From contig NC_068996.1 of assembly GCF_001194135.2 (NCBI RefSeq), positions 23,711,692 to 23,775,691 on the forward strand: DNA of 64,000 nt, given 5' to 3'. The notes under the pieces were generated by a model. That model saw only the letters and a program-made list of their open reading frames with translations, searched no databases and had not been told where the DNA came from. The DNA comes from Octopus bimaculoides. Taxonomy: Eukaryota. Position numbers and translations under genes: made by a program. How positions within the stretch are numbered: the first letter of the stretch is position 1; every line of letters begins with the position of its first letter. Shown in pieces: positions 11,023 through 26,129 of this stretch.

Positions 11023-14000
11023 TTATTTAGTTTTAATGATTAAATGTAGGAATTCTAACAGAAAAAAAAAATTGATTATCATTGCTTCCCAGGTGGAGAG
11101 GATTTGCTTACAAGAGTCTTGTGCCAGTGTCATATAAAAAGCATTTGTGTAGTACCTCGTAAAAGCACTCAGCACACTGTAAAGTGGTTGGTGTTAGGAA
11201 AGGCATCCACCCATAGAAACCAAGCCAAATCAGACTGGAACCGGGTGCAGCTTGCCAGTTCTGATCAAACTGTCCATCCATGGGAAATGGATGTTAAATG
11301 ATGATGATTAAATGATATTCATCATCATCATTAACATCCATCTCCCATGTTGGCACAAGTTGGGCCGTTTGATAGGATCCAATGAGCTGGAGGATTGTGT
11401 TGAGCTCTGATGTCTGCTTTGGCATGGCTTCTGTAACTGGATGCCCTTCCTGATGCCAGCCACTGTGCTGGGTGTTTTCTCTTTTCCGATGGCACTAGCA
11501 CTTGTTAGAGTGCCAAGTAACTAGCAAGATAAAGAAAAAAAATCTTGACTAAATGGGGTATATTAGAAAGGGAAAGTGGCTTTATGGCAGATTTTGAAAG
11601 GCTAAAGTATGATATAGGATACAGACACATGGAGGAGATACATGGTTATCTTGCATTATATAAAGGTGGATAGGAGTAACTGGAAAGAAGACGATAATGG
11701 TGGTGATGAGGTGTTAACATGTACTCTCATGATACAAGATGAGTATAAGAGAGAATATGAACAGATGATCAAGAAAGTTGGGTAGATAAGTTCATAGGAG
11801 TGTGAGAGGAGAGTGGCAGATGGTTAGAGATAAGGGTAGAGGTGGATGTAGTGAATGCAGAACAAGGGTCGAGGTGTTATGATGGCAAATATCAGCATGG
11901 AAAAGGGAGATGAAAGACATAGTTGTGACTCAGGAAGGAGAGGTTGATAAGTGACTGTAGAGAAAGGGTGGAGAGCAGTGGTATAATAAAGTTATTAGAA
12001 TATTGGTTAGAATGTCTCATAGCTTTTGTTCTGACTTGTCTCTGTGCTCTGAGTTCAAATCCCACTGAGGTCAGCCTTGCCTTTCAACTTTTCAGGAATT
12101 GATATGTACTAGTACAGGTGTGGCTGTGTGGTAAGAAGCTTGATTCCTAACCACATAGTTCTGGGTTCTGTCCCACTGCTTAGTGTCTTCTATTATAGCC
12201 TGCAGCCGACAAAGGTCTTATGAGTGGACTTGGTAGATAGAAACTGAAAGAATTTGAAGGTGGTGAGCTGGCAGAAACGTTAGTACGCCGGGCGAAATGC
12301 TTAGTGGTATTTCGTCTACCGTTACGTTCTGAGTTCAAATTCCGCCGAGGTCAACTTTGCCTTTCATCCTTTCGGGGTCGATAAATTAAGTACCAGTTAT
12401 GCACTGGGGTCGATGTAATTGACTTAATCTCTTTGTCTGTCCTTGTTTGTCCCCTCTACGTTTAGCCCCTTGTGGGCAATAAAAAAAAAAAAGAAACTGA
12501 AAGAATGTGTGTGTGTGTGTGTCCATGTTTGTCCCCCACCACCGCTTGACAACCAATGTTTGTGTTTGTCTCTGTAACTTAGCAGTTCAGCAAATGAGAT
12601 CGATAGAATAAGTACTGGGCTTAAAAAACAAAAAATGATAAGTACTGGGGTTGATTCATTCGACTGAAAGTTATTCAAGGTAGTGCTCCAGCATGGCCTC
12701 AGTCTAATGACTGAAACAAGGAGAAAGATAAAAAGATAATCCAGGGCAGTGGATTAACAGAACTGTAAGAACATTGGACTGCATGCCTTGTGGTTATTTG
12801 TTTGACTCTACATTCTGAGTTCAAATTCTGTCATGGCCTACTAGAGTGGCAGATTTAATCCATTGCCTGGCTTAACATAATCACCTGGTACCTGGGTACC
12901 TTTAGTGGGGTTCCACACTGTTGCAAACATTCAGAGCCAGTCTCTAGTCTAAAGTTATCTTCCTCTCTCTTTCCTTACATCATTCTTGGAGGTCCTGTAA
13001 AGGGTACTGAGCACTATCCTTTCTCCTGACTAAAAGATAAATATATCCTTTTTGAATTGACGTGGAGGTGCATAGCTTAGTGGTTAGCAGTGACTAGAAA
13101 GCCTACTCTGAGTCGAGTTGGGTAGGTCCAATTCTCAGTCAAGTAACTGGAATTTATTTTACCTATTTCTTGTACCTGCACTTTTTAACAGAGCATGATT
13201 ATGGATATATCTCCTTCCCTGCCAACCACTACAAAAAACATTAAATGTTTTAATTTTCTTTTTTAAAGAAATATCTTTTCATAAACTTATAGATTAAATA
13301 GTGAAATCTGTAATTGTACAAATGTCAAGGTTTTTATTTTCTTTTTAAAAAAAATTTTTCTCATAAATTTATAGATGAAATGGTGCAGTATATCTCAACA
13401 AAAACTATAAAGTTGTTTGGTATGACTGTCAAAGTAGGTTGATTCTGAATGTTTTTCAAGTCAAGCTAATAAACCCTGACACTAACATCCAAATTTTATT
13501 ATGTTCAATTACCTTTTTGTTCATTTTAATTCTTCTTGAGTCTATAAGAACATTCAGATTTAAGAACATTAAAACTTGTCTAAACAAGAAATCTCTTAAG
13601 TAATACAATAAAATGAAAAAAGAAAAAAAAAAACAACCCATATTTGTTTTATAACAAAAAAAAAAAGGAGGTTAGTATGTTGAAAGTACCTGAAAAGCTC
13701 TGCTCCCCATGTCTTATGTAAACCAGTATTGGAAATTTATGATCAACATACATACCCCGATAGAAAATATTGTATTAGTGAGACTGCAGAGAGGAGGTGC
13801 TGAAAGACTCCTTATTGCTCACTGCTAGTTAACATTCTTTAGACTTGCGGGATTACAATGTAACTAGTTGTTTGAAGTGAAGGTGTGTAGCCTAGTGGTT
13901 AAGGTGCTTGGCTCATGTTCTCAAGGTTCATAGATTCACAGGTTCAATTCCTGGACCAGGCATTTTGATGCGTTCTTGAGCGAGGCATTTCATTTCATGT

Positions 14001-14872
14001 TGCTTCTGTCTGTCTACTCAGCAGTAATGAATACCAACTATTTTCTGGTACAGCCCCTGCCTCTCTCTCTCTTTCCTGTTGTCATATCTTGGATAAAGGG
14101 TTGATGGGACTAGTTATGACTAGTCCCCTCAAACAATCAGGTTACATTTTCTTTTTTTTTTTTTAATAAGATGAGATGAGAGGGAGAAATGAAAATAAAA
14201 AAGATACAGCAGAAGATTGTGTCTGAAGAAAGAAAGGATCAAGTCAAAACTATTTGGTGTGAGGTGAAGTGAAAAAAGACAACTGAATGGGATTCTGGGA
14301 GGATTAATCACTGCTTTTGCTATGCTAGTAGCATCTATAATCTTCTTATCAATAACAGAAGGAATTGTGGAGACATGGCAGATCTATTGTCTAGGATTAT
14401 TCCATCAAGATTCAACATTCAAAACAAACATATTTTGGATGTTTGTAAATGTCTTGTTATGTTATTTTATTTCTATTTTGTGAAGTTTTAAAAAAAATAA
14501 TTTTTGAGAAAAAAAAAGCAACATAAAAAGAATTGTGAAGGTGCTACAAGGTATAAGTATCCAACATGGACTGGGTCTTTCTTCAAGGTAAAGATGACAG
14601 CAGAGAAATAAAAAGACAGTAGAGTTTTACACATACTTACCCAAGAATGTCTTCCCCCTCCTCTACCACCATCACTGACTTTTAAAAAATTTTTTATCTT
14701 TTACTTATTTCAGTCATGCTGTAGCACTGCCTTGAAAAATTTTAGTCAAATGAATTGACCCCAGTGCTATATTCTCCCTGAGTTAATTTGGGACATTCTG
14801 CAAAAATGTGTGCCGTTGTTTCAGCTCAAATTCCACACACTACATTTTGTTCCCCTTACACATATTTTCTCA

Positions 14873-15600
14873 AGTTATTTGTTTTTAGCTCTTGATCTTG
14901 TGCTGTTACAATAATGCACCCTGTTTCTTTTTTCAGTTGTCCTTTTTTTCAACCAAGACCAGAATTTTGTTCTACATATATCCCCAGTGGCTTTCCAAAA
15001 TTGCCCATGCAAAGGTTTCTCTTCAATCTGTTTAACGTGCTCTCTTTGAATTTCATTCTTATCCTTTTCTCCTCTTCCACACTTGATCACCTGTTCTTTA
15101 TTCACTGACTTTAGTAATTTCTCTGTGTTGTTCTGTAAATATTCTAATAGGCTTTTTCTTTCCATCTGTACAACACAGTCTTCCACAGCAATTCAGCCTC
15201 TTCCATCCTGGTCTCTCTTCTAGTACTACCAGTTAATATCAGCTTTCATATGATGGACTCCATACATTGTCAACAGCTTTCTACTTTCTCTGTCAAATTT
15301 CTGTATATTGCTTTTTGTCCAATCAACAATTCCTACTCCATATCTGATTACTGATACTGTCCATCACATTTATTGCTTCGATAGTATTTTTTGAATTCAA
15401 CTTTAGCTGTAATATCTTTCCCACTCTCTTTGTATACTTCCTGCTGGTAATTTGCTTCATTTCTTCATGTTTTATTCCATCTGCTTCCAGTATTTCCAAA
15501 TACTTATACCACTGTCCTTTTTCAGCTGCTTTCATTGTTTGTCCATTCTTCTTTGTTCCATTATCAGCATAGTGCACTTTTCAATCCCAAGTTCCATACT
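14873..15600 (-). mobile_element. R4/Dong-like (RLE-clade) non-LTR retrotransposon fragment
   Basis: ORFs 15323..15577 (YKYLEILEAD...ILQLKLNSKNTIEAIN) and 14875..15186 (EKPLHGQFW...KKRTTEK) are post-RT motifs of R4-clade LINEs; frameshifted. Confidence 0.75.
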
Positions 15601-16785
15601 TACATCATCATCATCATTTAACGTCCATGCTGGTACAGGTTGGACAGTTTGATTGAAAACTGGTAAATGGCAGGGGGCACTGGGTTCTGATCTAATTTGG
15701 CAAGGTTTCTATGGCTGGATACCCTTCCTAATACCAACCATTCTGAGAGTATAGTGGGTGTTTTTTATGTGCCATTGACCTCACACTGGCATCGGCCACA
15801 ACTACGGTCTCACTTGGCTTGACAGGTCTACATAAGCACGGTATATCACCAAAGGTCTTGGTCACCTGTTACTACTTCCATGAAGCCCAATGCTTGAATG
15901 GTGCTTTTTATGTGTCACTGGCACAGGTGCCAGTCAGACGACACTGGCATTGGCTATGATTATGATTTCACTCAGTTCAACAGGTCTTCACATGTACAGC
16001 ATATCAGCCAATGATTGAAGGGTACTTTTAATGGGCCAGTTACGTGACACTAGCATCGGCCATGACTACGATCTCACATAGCTTGATGGGTCTTCTCAAG
16101 CACGGCATATCTCCAAAGGTCTTGGTCACCTGTCATTGCCTCTGTGAGGTCCAATATTTGAAGATCTTGCTTCACCACCTCATCCCATATCTTCCTAGGT
16201 TTACCTCTTCCACAGGTTCCCTCCACTGTTAGAGAGTGCGACACTTCTTCACAAAACTGTCCTCATCCATACACATTTGAGAAAATGCAAACAGTATGTA
16301 CAAGACTTTCAAGCCGCTTCTCATTTTTTGCATAAAGCTTTATATCATCCTTAAAAGGGAGATGATTTATCTGACCTTATCCTTTTCACAAATCATAAGC
16401 TATTTTAATTTCTTGTAATATTAAATTGAGTGGTATCATGCCCAATACAAATAGTAATGGAGATAAGCTATCACCTTGAAATATGCCACATCTGATGTTC
16501 ACTTTCTCAAGTCTTTAAGTTTTTGTTTTCTTCCAATCAATTTAGTATTCCAATGTTTCATACTTTCATTAACCATTTTCTACATATTTTCTGCCACTCC
16601 AAACATGCTCATTGTTTTACTTATCCAACTGTGTGGTGCCATGTCATATACTTTTCTGTAATCCAACCATGTTACATTCAGTCCTGTCAATCTGTGTCTA
16701 CAGTTTCTAATTATCGTTTTATCAACAGGTCTTTTTCATCATCATCATCATCGTTATTTTTCTTCTTCTTCTTCTTCTTCTTCTT

Positions 16786-16816
<31 letters not shown>

Positions 16817-17740
16817 TGACCCTTTTCTTTATCAACGTAATTTATCAAGCAGATAACATTCAGTTTTAAGATATCTTTTTACATAGCATTTTTGCTTCAT
16901 TGTCATGAATGTGTGTATGTATGCACACGTGTGTGAGCATGTATGTATGCATATATGTGTACATACATATATGTTTCTGTATATTTTCAAATTAACATTT
17001 TAATTCCATTTTATTTGGATGTATGTTTATTTTATGTATACTTTCAAATTGAGACATATACACTCTATGTAGATTCACACATAATTATCTGTACATACAT
17101 ATATGAGCACATACACATTAGCATTTATGCACACAAATTAACAAATGTTTACATACAAATCCACTCATGCATGTTCATACTCAAGCACAACCACACAGAT
17201 ACACACACACACACACACACACATCTACACAAATACACATATATTTACAAAGGTATACATATATATTTATACACAAATGCTAACTTGAATATACGTGATG
17301 TGTATTTAAGAATATATACATATTTGTTAAAAGCTGAACAAATACACATGTACACACACTCACATCCCCTCACATATACACACACACACGTGCACATGCA
17401 CACACACATACACACACACATACACACACACAGACACACACACACACACATGTATATATCAGTGTATTGACCATGCTGTCAATTGTTGTTATATACCACT
17501 GATCATAGTGCGCTACCTTGGATTGTTGTAGCTTTTGGACGATGCTACCCTGGTGGCTAGGTGGGCAGGCCAACATTTCCTCCGAATGGAATACCAGTCT
17601 GTTGTAGAGTTGTCCATTTGCAGCTGAGTGGACTGGAGCAACATGAAATGAAGTGTTTTTCTTAACAACACAGTGCACCATTATTCTTGGAACCAAGGCT
17701 ACGATCTTGTGATTGTGAGTACAACATCCTGATCACTAAG

Positions 17741-17796
<56 letters not shown>

Positions 17797-19173
17797 CCTG
17801 ATACTCTCTTGGCTTTTAAGGACTTGTAGGAAAAGTGACTACCATACAAGAAACAATTTCACTTGTTTATCACTAAAAAGCCTTAGGACTAAAGTAAAGC
17901 CNNNNNNNNNNNNNNNNNNNNNNNNNNNNNNNNNNNNNNNNNNNNNNNNNNNNNNNNNNNNNNNNNNNNNNNNNNNNNNNNNNNNNNNNNNNNNNNNNNN
18001 NNNNNNNNNNNNNNNNNNNNNNNNNNNNNNNNNNNNNNNNNNNNNNNNNNNNNNNNNNNNNNNNNNNNNNNNNNNNNNNNNNNNNNNNNNNNNNNNNNNN
18101 NNNNNNNNNNNNNNNNNNNNNNNNNNNNNNNNNNNNNNNNNNNNNNNNNNNNNNNNNNNNNNNNNNNNNNNNNNNNNNNNNNNNNNNNNNNNNNNNNNNN
18201 NNNNNNNNNNNNNNNNNNNNNNNNNNNNNNNNNNNNNNNNNNNNNNNNNNNNNNNNNNNNNNNNNNNNNNNNNNNNNNNNNNNNNNNNNNNNNNNNNNNN
18301 NNNNNNNNNNNNNNNNNNNNNNNNNNNNNNNNNNNNNNNNNNNNNNNNNNNNNNNNNNNNNNNNNNNNNNNNNNNNNNNNNNNNNNNNNNNNNNNNNNNN
18401 NNNNNNNNNNNNNNNNNNNNNNNNNNNNNNNNNNNNNNNNNNNNNNNNNNNNNNNNNNNNNNNNNNNNNNNNNNNNNNNNNNNNNNNNNNNNNNNNNNNN
18501 NNNNNNNNNNNNNNNNNNNNNNNNNNNNNNNNNNNNNNNNNNNNNNNNNNNNNNNNNNNNNNNNNNNNNNNNNNNNNNNNNNNNNNNNNNNNNNNNNNNN
18601 NNNNNNNNNNNNNNNNNNNNNNNNNNNNNNNNNNNNNNNNNNNNNNNNNNNNNNNNNNNNNNNNNNNNNNNNNNNNNNNNNNNNNNNNNNNNNNNNNNNN
18701 NNNNNNNNNNNNNNNNNNNNNNNNNNNNNNNNNNNNNNNNNNNNNNNNNNNNNNNNNNNNNNNNNNNNNNNNNNNNNNNNATATATATATATTTATATAA
18801 AGGGCATTATTACAGAAAATAATAACGCCACACATATATATATGCACACACACACGCACACATAATATATGATGGACTCTCCTGTCGAAGATGATATGTG
18901 AGCATTCAGCTTTTACTGAACATCCTGCACAAATGATTTGTTTATAGTGATCAAATATTCATGCCACATATTAGCTCACTCTCTCCATCAAATTGATGTT
19001 GTCTGAACAGGTGCACAGTATACCACTCATCAGGTGTCAAAGTGATTGCAGAGCAACATGGAATGAAATGTTTTTGCACAAGAAAACAATGCACCACCCA
19101 TTCTAGGAATTGAAACCATGATCTAGTCATTGTGAGTGCAACACCCTAACCACTAAGCCATGTGCCCCTCACA

Positions 19174-19311
<138 letters not shown>

Positions 19312-19500
19312 AAATATATTTTTCCAACCTTACCATTGCTCTCTTTATCGTTTTATATATTTACATATACACATGCTAATACATGACTTATAATCCCCAA
19401 TCCTGTTCATACAACGACTAGGACAAACTAGTCCGTATACAGCACTTACTCGGTATTGCCTGTATCCTTTTGGGTTTGGTTAAATCCAATACCCTCCTCA

Positions 19501-19539
<39 letters not shown>

Positions 19540-19799
19540 TTATCCTTGCCTTCGAAACGTGGAGTAGATGAAACAGGGACAACTGACAAAGGGGTATACT
19601 CTTTATGTTGCATGTCTCGTTTCTCTGTTGGTTTTTGGCGTTGTTTGAAAAAAGTTCATTTTCTGTTTTCGTTTTTATGTTTTTGTTTCTCATTGTGTTT
19701 AGCGTTTTTTGTGATGTCCTGTAGCCATGTATGCATATATGTATACATATAGATGTAGGTATGTACATATATGTATGGATATATGCATATATTTATATA

Positions 19800-19834
<35 letters not shown>

Positions 19835-19838
<4 letters not shown>

Positions 19839-20435
19839 GTGGTAGCAAAAAGTTCCTGGACTAGTTCTGTAGTGCACCAACATGGTTGCATGTGCAGTGA
19901 CAGCTAGCAGTGACCTTTATGAGACAGTGTGCCAAGTGACATTGCTGTGTTTACATTGTAAATTGTGAAATTTGTGTTTTTGTGATCATGTCTATGCTGT
20001 AGTCTGCAATTTCTGTCATGGACAGGAAGTTGGAACAAAGAGCCAACACGAAATTCTGCGTTAAACTTGGGAATGCATGCTGTCACCAATCTCTCCTCAC
20101 TTGTGAGTTTCTTGCCAAAAACAATATGGTATCACTTCCGCATCTGCCCTGTTCACCAGATTTAGCACCTGTGGAGTTCCATCTTTTCTCCAAGATGAAA
20201 ATGACAGCTCAAAGGTTGCTGGTTTAACACTGTTGTCAAGATCAAATGTGAATTGCAGAAGGTCTTCAACCTGCTTACAGAAAACAACTTCCAGACTAAG
20301 CTTCCTAAAAAAGTGGCAGGAACGCTGGAACCAGTATATTGCTGCACAAGGTGACTATTTCGAAGGAGGTGATGTTAAAACTTTGGCAAATAAGTTATTT
20401 TTTATTAGACATTACTAGTCTTGGATACCACCTCA
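19835..20435 (+). mobile_element. Internally deleted mariner element
   Basis: TIRs TGAAGTGGTAGCAAAAAGTTCCTGGACTAGT / ACTAGTC...GATACCACCTCA with TA flanks. Peptides EQRANTKFCVKLG, HLPCSPDLAP.EFHLF and WQERWNQYIAAQGDYFEG are mariner transposase motifs. Confidence 0.9.
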
Positions 20436-20689
20436 TACAGGGAGGAGAATATAAGTGAAGGATTGGATGGTGTAAGTGAGCAAGTAAGTTCACAAGAATA
20501 CAAAAAGAGAGTGGAAGGTAGTGAGGAGGGGATGCAATGAGTGGTGAAAATGGGTGAAAGGATGGGGTGTTAGGAAGGTGAGTTGAAGGGAGGGGTGTTA
20601 GGAAGAGATTTGTCAGGGACAGAGGTTATATAGAGGTTAGAGCCTCAATTATGTCAATGGACAGATCTTCTCAAGCACAGGAAATTACC

Positions 20690-21280
20690 AGTCATCTCAA
20701 TCTTTTGTCATCTTTGTAAAGCTCAGCATCTGAAAATCATTTTCCACCACTTCATACCATGTCTTCCTAGGCCTTCCTCTTCTACAGGTTCCATCCACAT
20801 TTAGTAATTAGCTCTACTTTATACAACTGTCTTCATCTGTATGCATCACATGACCATACCAGTGCAGTCTTCTCTCCAGCATACTACAGCTGATGCTTTT
20901 TATGCCAAAGTTTTCTCTCAGCACATTTACACTTTGCACACCATGCAAACCAACATGCATACCAACATTGCATATCCAGCAGAGCAAGCTAACTTCATTT
21001 TTTTTCAAGCCTTCGCATATCCTCATTAGCCACAGCCCATGTTTCACTACCATGTAGTAAAGCTGTTCATACACAAGTATCATACGGTATGCCTTTCACT
21101 CTGAATGTGAGGCCTTTTGTTACCAACAGTGGTAATTGCTCTCTCAACTTTCCTCAGCCGGTTCTTTTTCTATCAGCTACAATTTCAAATCAATCTCCTT
21201 CACTGCTAATTTTGTCATCTAGGTAACAGAAACTATCTACAACTACTAAGGATCCACCTGGGCATTTGGAGAAAGCTATT
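20690..21280 (-). mobile_element. RTE-clade LINE fragment
   Basis: ORF 20814..21083 (RRLHWYGHVMHTDEDSCIK) is homologous to the 29560-30450 copy. Confidence 0.75.
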
Positions 21281-24249
21281 TCCTGTGTGTTCTTAACCCT
21301 TTAGCATTTAATCCCACCATATCAAGCCCTAAATTTTTATGTCCATGTAAGTCAGATCTGATCTCTCATACCTACTTTACAATATCATTCTAAAATTAAA
21401 CAATCATATCATCAAAATCTTGAAGCTATAAGATAATATGTGATTAATTCAAAACAATGTGAATAAGTATTCCTCTATAGCAAGATACCTGTTTTTTATT
21501 TCTTTATTGCCCACAATGGGCTAAACATAGAGGGAACAAACAAGGACAGAGAAAGGGATTGGGTCAATTACATCGATCCCAGTGCGTAACTGGTACTTAA
21601 TTTATCGACCCCGAAAGGATGAAAGGCAAAGTTGACCTTGGCGGAATTTGAACTCAGCATGTAAGGACAGATGAAATACTGCTAAGCATTTCGCACGGCA
21701 TGCTAACGTTTCTGCCACTTCGCCGCCTTAAGCAAGATACCTGTTTTTGCCTCTCTGTCACATTCTAACCTTTCATCATCTGGCACAAGATTACCTCATC
21801 TAATGCCCCTTTCCCTCTCAAAATTCTTTGTCTTGCAAGTTACTTGGTAACCCTGCCAGTCCTGGTACCACATAAAAAGCATCCAGTCCACACTGTAAAG
21901 TGGTTGGCATTTGGAAGGGCATCTAGCTGTAAAGACCATGCCAAAACTGACCTCAGCTGTACTGGTGCTACATAAAAAGCATGCAGTCCACTCTTTGGGG
22001 TGGTTGGTTAGGAAGAGCATTCAGCCATAAAAACCATGGTTAGGAAAGGCATCTAGCCGTAAAACCCATGCCAAAACAGACACAGAAGTCTGGTGCAGTC
22101 TTCTACCTGGCTGGCTCCTGTCAAACCATTGAACCCATGCCAGTATGGAAGACAGACAGATGATGATGATGATACACTTGACTGTATAATTTGGATGTTA
22201 AAGGGTCAATATTTATGGTCCCTGCACATCTGCCACACACAAAGTCTACTTTCTTCATTAACCTTCCTGTAATTCCATTGCACTTCTTATGTGTCTATAG
22301 CTTGCACTAAATATATCGTATGGAATTTCCACCTTCATCTTTTCTATAGTGTGGACCACCAACATATATATATATATATANNNNNNNNNNNNNNNNNNNN
22401 NNNNNNNNNNNNNNNNNNNNNNNNNNNNNNNNNNNNNNNNNNNNNNNNNNNNNNNNNNNNNNNNNNNNNNNNNNNNNNNNNNNNNNNNNNNNNNNNNNNN
22501 NNNNNNNNNNNNNNNNNNNNNNNNNNNNNNNNNNNNNNNNNNNNNNNNNNNNNNNNNNNNNNNNNNNNNNNNNNNNNNNNNNNNNNNNNNNNNNNNNNNN
22601 NNNNNNNNNNNNNNNNNNNNNNNNNNNNNNNNNNNNNNNNNNNNNNNNNNNNNNNNNNNNNNNNNNNNNNNNNNNNNNNNNNNNNNNNNNNNNNNNNNNN
22701 NNNNNNNNNNNNNNNNNNNNNNNNNNNNNNNNNNNNNNNNNNNNNNNNNNNNNNNNNNNNNNNNNNNNNNNNNNNNNNNNNNNNNNNNNNNNNNNNNNNN
22801 NNNNNNNNNNNNNNNNNNNNNNNNNNNNNNNNNNNNNNNNNNNNNNNNNNNNNNNNNNNNNNNNNNNNNNNNNNNGGGGGGTGTTTGGTGGTTCTATTTC
22901 ACAACATATTTTTTTTATTAGATATAGGTATAAATGTATGTGTGTGGGTGGAAAGATTGCTTCCCAATGTAGTTTTGGATTTCAGTCCCTTTGTGCAGTA
23001 CCTTAGGCAAGTCACTTCTGCTATAACTCAGGGCCAACCAAAGCCTTATGCATGCCAAGTTCAACTTTGCCTTTCATCCTTTTGGGGTTGATGCAATTGA
23101 CTAGCCCCTCTCCTACAATTTCAAGCCTTGTGCCTATAATAGAAAGGATTGTTAACACTTTGGTGGTGAACTGGTAGAATTGTTAGAGCATCTGACAAAA
23201 GTGCCATTTGGTAATTCTTCCATCTCTTTATGTTTTGAGTTCAAACCAGACCAATTTCAGTTTTACCTTTAATCCATTTGGGGTCAGTGACATAAAGTAT
23301 GAGTCGAATACTAAGGGTAATATAATTGATTAACTCCTCCACCACCAATTTCTGGCCTTATGCCCATGTCAGTATAGGCATAATGTTGATTATTATCTTT
23401 AGTACTGTTGTGTCATTGAGGTCTGTCTTTTAATTCTCATGTACCATATTCCAAGTTGTCAGTTCCTGTCCAAGACTTTTCTTTACCTGTAGTTAGACCT
23501 TATTGAGTATAAAGTTTTTATTTGTTCATTAATTCAGTCAGTCAGTCTATCAGTTATTTAAATGCTAGAACATGAAGGCATTACAAATAGGAAGTGTAAA
23601 CAACTGTAAGGGAATCTTACATTAAGGTAGTAGTGGGGAGAATCATTCACCTGTGAAAGAAATAGCGCTTACTTTCAAATCAGATCTGAAATCGTTCATT
23701 CAGGAAGAAATAGTGATTTATTATATAAATCTCATTTTTACTTAGCATGGATGTGTTTTTATGAGTTTTTATGTAATTTGACCTGGCTTCATCCAGTAGC
23801 CTACTCAGATTACAACACACTCTTGCAAAAAGAAGAAAAGACGCATGGGACAATATATTTCTTGACAGAGAAAATTGATGATGGTTATGGTTGGATGCCA
23901 TCTGTCATAGGCCTGTTTGAAAAGACTTGATTTGATACAAACGATTATTTCGTGTGAAAATAAATGTAAGGGAGGTAACTACAGTAATTCTTGTTTTAGT
24001 TTGCAGAGTTAATTTGAAATGTAACGGAAGGTGTAACATTTTCATTTTGCGTGCAATTTCAGCCTCAGTGTGAAATATCTATTATAGATAGATAAATATA
24101 TAGACAGATAGAGGGTGCTACACATATATACATGCATGCATACCTACATACCTACCAACCTACTGCCTACCTGCACAATACATACATATATACATAAACA
24201 CACACACACACACACAATAATAATAATAATAATAACAACAATAATAATT

Positions 24250-24603
24250 CCAGGATCATTATGAAACAAGACGAAAAAAAATACAATCCCTTAAAATTTA
24301 AAATTGCAAGAATTCAGAATATGAAAATTGTAAAGGTTGTACCTATAATAATTGGTGCATTGGGAACTGTAAGCAAAGACATTGACAAATGGTTGAAGGA
24401 GATTAGAATAGAATGCCTTGTAAAGCTTCTACAGAAAGTCTGCCTCTTAGGGACAGGAAAATTTATCAGGAGGGTCTTAAGCACTTGAAAGACTATTGAA
24501 AGATTGTAGATACCTAAGGTTACAGGCAGTAACCCACCACTTACATAAATTCTACCAGGAATAACAAATGAACCTGAATCAAATCTATAATAATTATAAT
24601 AAT
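24250..24603 (+). mobile_element. 3' end of an R4/Dong-like LINE with (TAA)n tail
   Basis: ORF 24261..24488 (KVVPIIIGALGTVSK...LQKVCLLGT.K.IRRVL*) is the RLE C-terminus, followed by a 3'UTR and TAA repeats. Confidence 0.85.
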
Positions 24604-25252
24604 CCTTTCTACGATAGGCACAAGGCCTGAAATTTTAGGGGAGGGGGCTAGTTGGTTACATTGACCCCCAGTACTCAACTGGTACTAATTTTATTGCTCC
24701 TCTGTAAAGGATGAAAAGCAGAGTTAATTTTGGTATTTCACATATTGCTACTTATCAAACTTTAATAAGTGCCAATGTTCGAAACTCTCGGCCCTTGAGT
24801 CACATTGTTACTTCTTCTGTGCCCTGACTGGCTTCCATGCCGGTGGCATGTAAAAAGCACCATCCGAATGTAGTTGATGCCAGTGCCCCCTGACTGGCTC
24901 CCGTGCTGGTGGCATGTAAAAAACTACACTCTCAGAGAGGTTGGCATTAGGAAGGGCATCCAGATGTAGAAACCTTGCCAGATCAGATTGGAACCTAGTG
25001 CAGCTCCCCAGCTTACCAGTTTTCAGTCAATCTGCCCAACCCATGACAGCATGAAAAGCAGACGTTAAACAATGATGATGATATATACTCATGTTTTGAG
25101 TTTATTTGCCTGTTTGCAAATAGCTAAATAAATGGATAAATGCTGATGTTGATGATGATGATGACCAATATTTCATGCATATTTATTTATTAATTGATGA
25201 TGACTTTCGTTTTTTTTTTTGACATCCTTTTTCTTCTTTCTTTTTTCTTCAG

Positions 25253-25385
25253 GTCTTGTGGAAGTGTCTTTGATGCACCCACTCGATTTAATCAAAACAA
25301 GGTTTCAAATTCAAAGAGGACCAGATGATCCAAACAGATACACCTCCTTGTATGACTGTTTCAAAAAAATTTCTAGAAACGAAGG
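25253..25385 (+). CDS. SLC25A21: SLC25A21 coding exon 2 (GLVEVSLMHPLDLIKTRFQIQRGPDDPNRYTSLYDCFKKISRNEG)
   Basis: Polypyrimidine tract plus AG at 25251-2 and donor GTAAGT at 25386; 133 nt. Contains the first carrier signature PxDxxKxR (PLDLIKTR). Confidence 0.95.
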
Positions 25386-26129
25386 GTAAGTCCTCACCAC
25401 CACCCACCTCACCTCATGTCACCTAAGTGAAACTGAAAAAAAGATATATGAATGTAAAAAAAAAAAAAAAGGGCTCAGTAAAATGCAATATGGCCAAGTT
25501 GATAGAGTGTAATACATAGATTGTAAGTTCAAATCCACTGCAGCTATATCATTGTTTCTGGACTGTACACTTCTGATAGAAACCATCTAGCTGGCTGGCT
25601 GGCTGGCTGGCTGGCAGATTGGTTGATTGGCTGGCAGACTGGTTGGCTGGGTGAGCGGCAAAGATTCATTCATCAAAACACTACTATGCCAACATTTGCT
25701 TCACAAACTTGTTTCTTCTCTGCTTCACCAGTTGACTGCATTTTCTCTGCACCCAGACACACTTACTCCTCAGCCATTTCAAAATAATTATAAATTCCTC
25801 TTCTGTTGCTTCTGTATTGGTCTCCTCTCTTCCAGCAGCTTCATACCCTCTCTCATACCACCCTTTCCACTACCTCCACCATATCTTTCATCTTCACTCA
25901 GGTCCCACTCGTTCTATTCATTTCTCCTACCATGTTCCCTTACCACATCTCGTTTCCCAGACCATGACAAATCACAGACATGGCCATGTGGATTCAGTGT
26001 AGATTCAGATCTTGAGTTCCATCTCATTGCATGGCATTTTGAACCAGTCTTGCATTGTAGTTTCAGGCTGATCAGCACCTTGTGAGTGAAATTGGTAGAA
26101 GGAAACTGCAATGTCTATTTGCTTCTGTT

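Noticed and set aside
17687-18865. Long ORFs (392, 328, 304, 266 aa and others) in the track
   Set aside because: They are read-throughs of N gaps and dinucleotide repeats.
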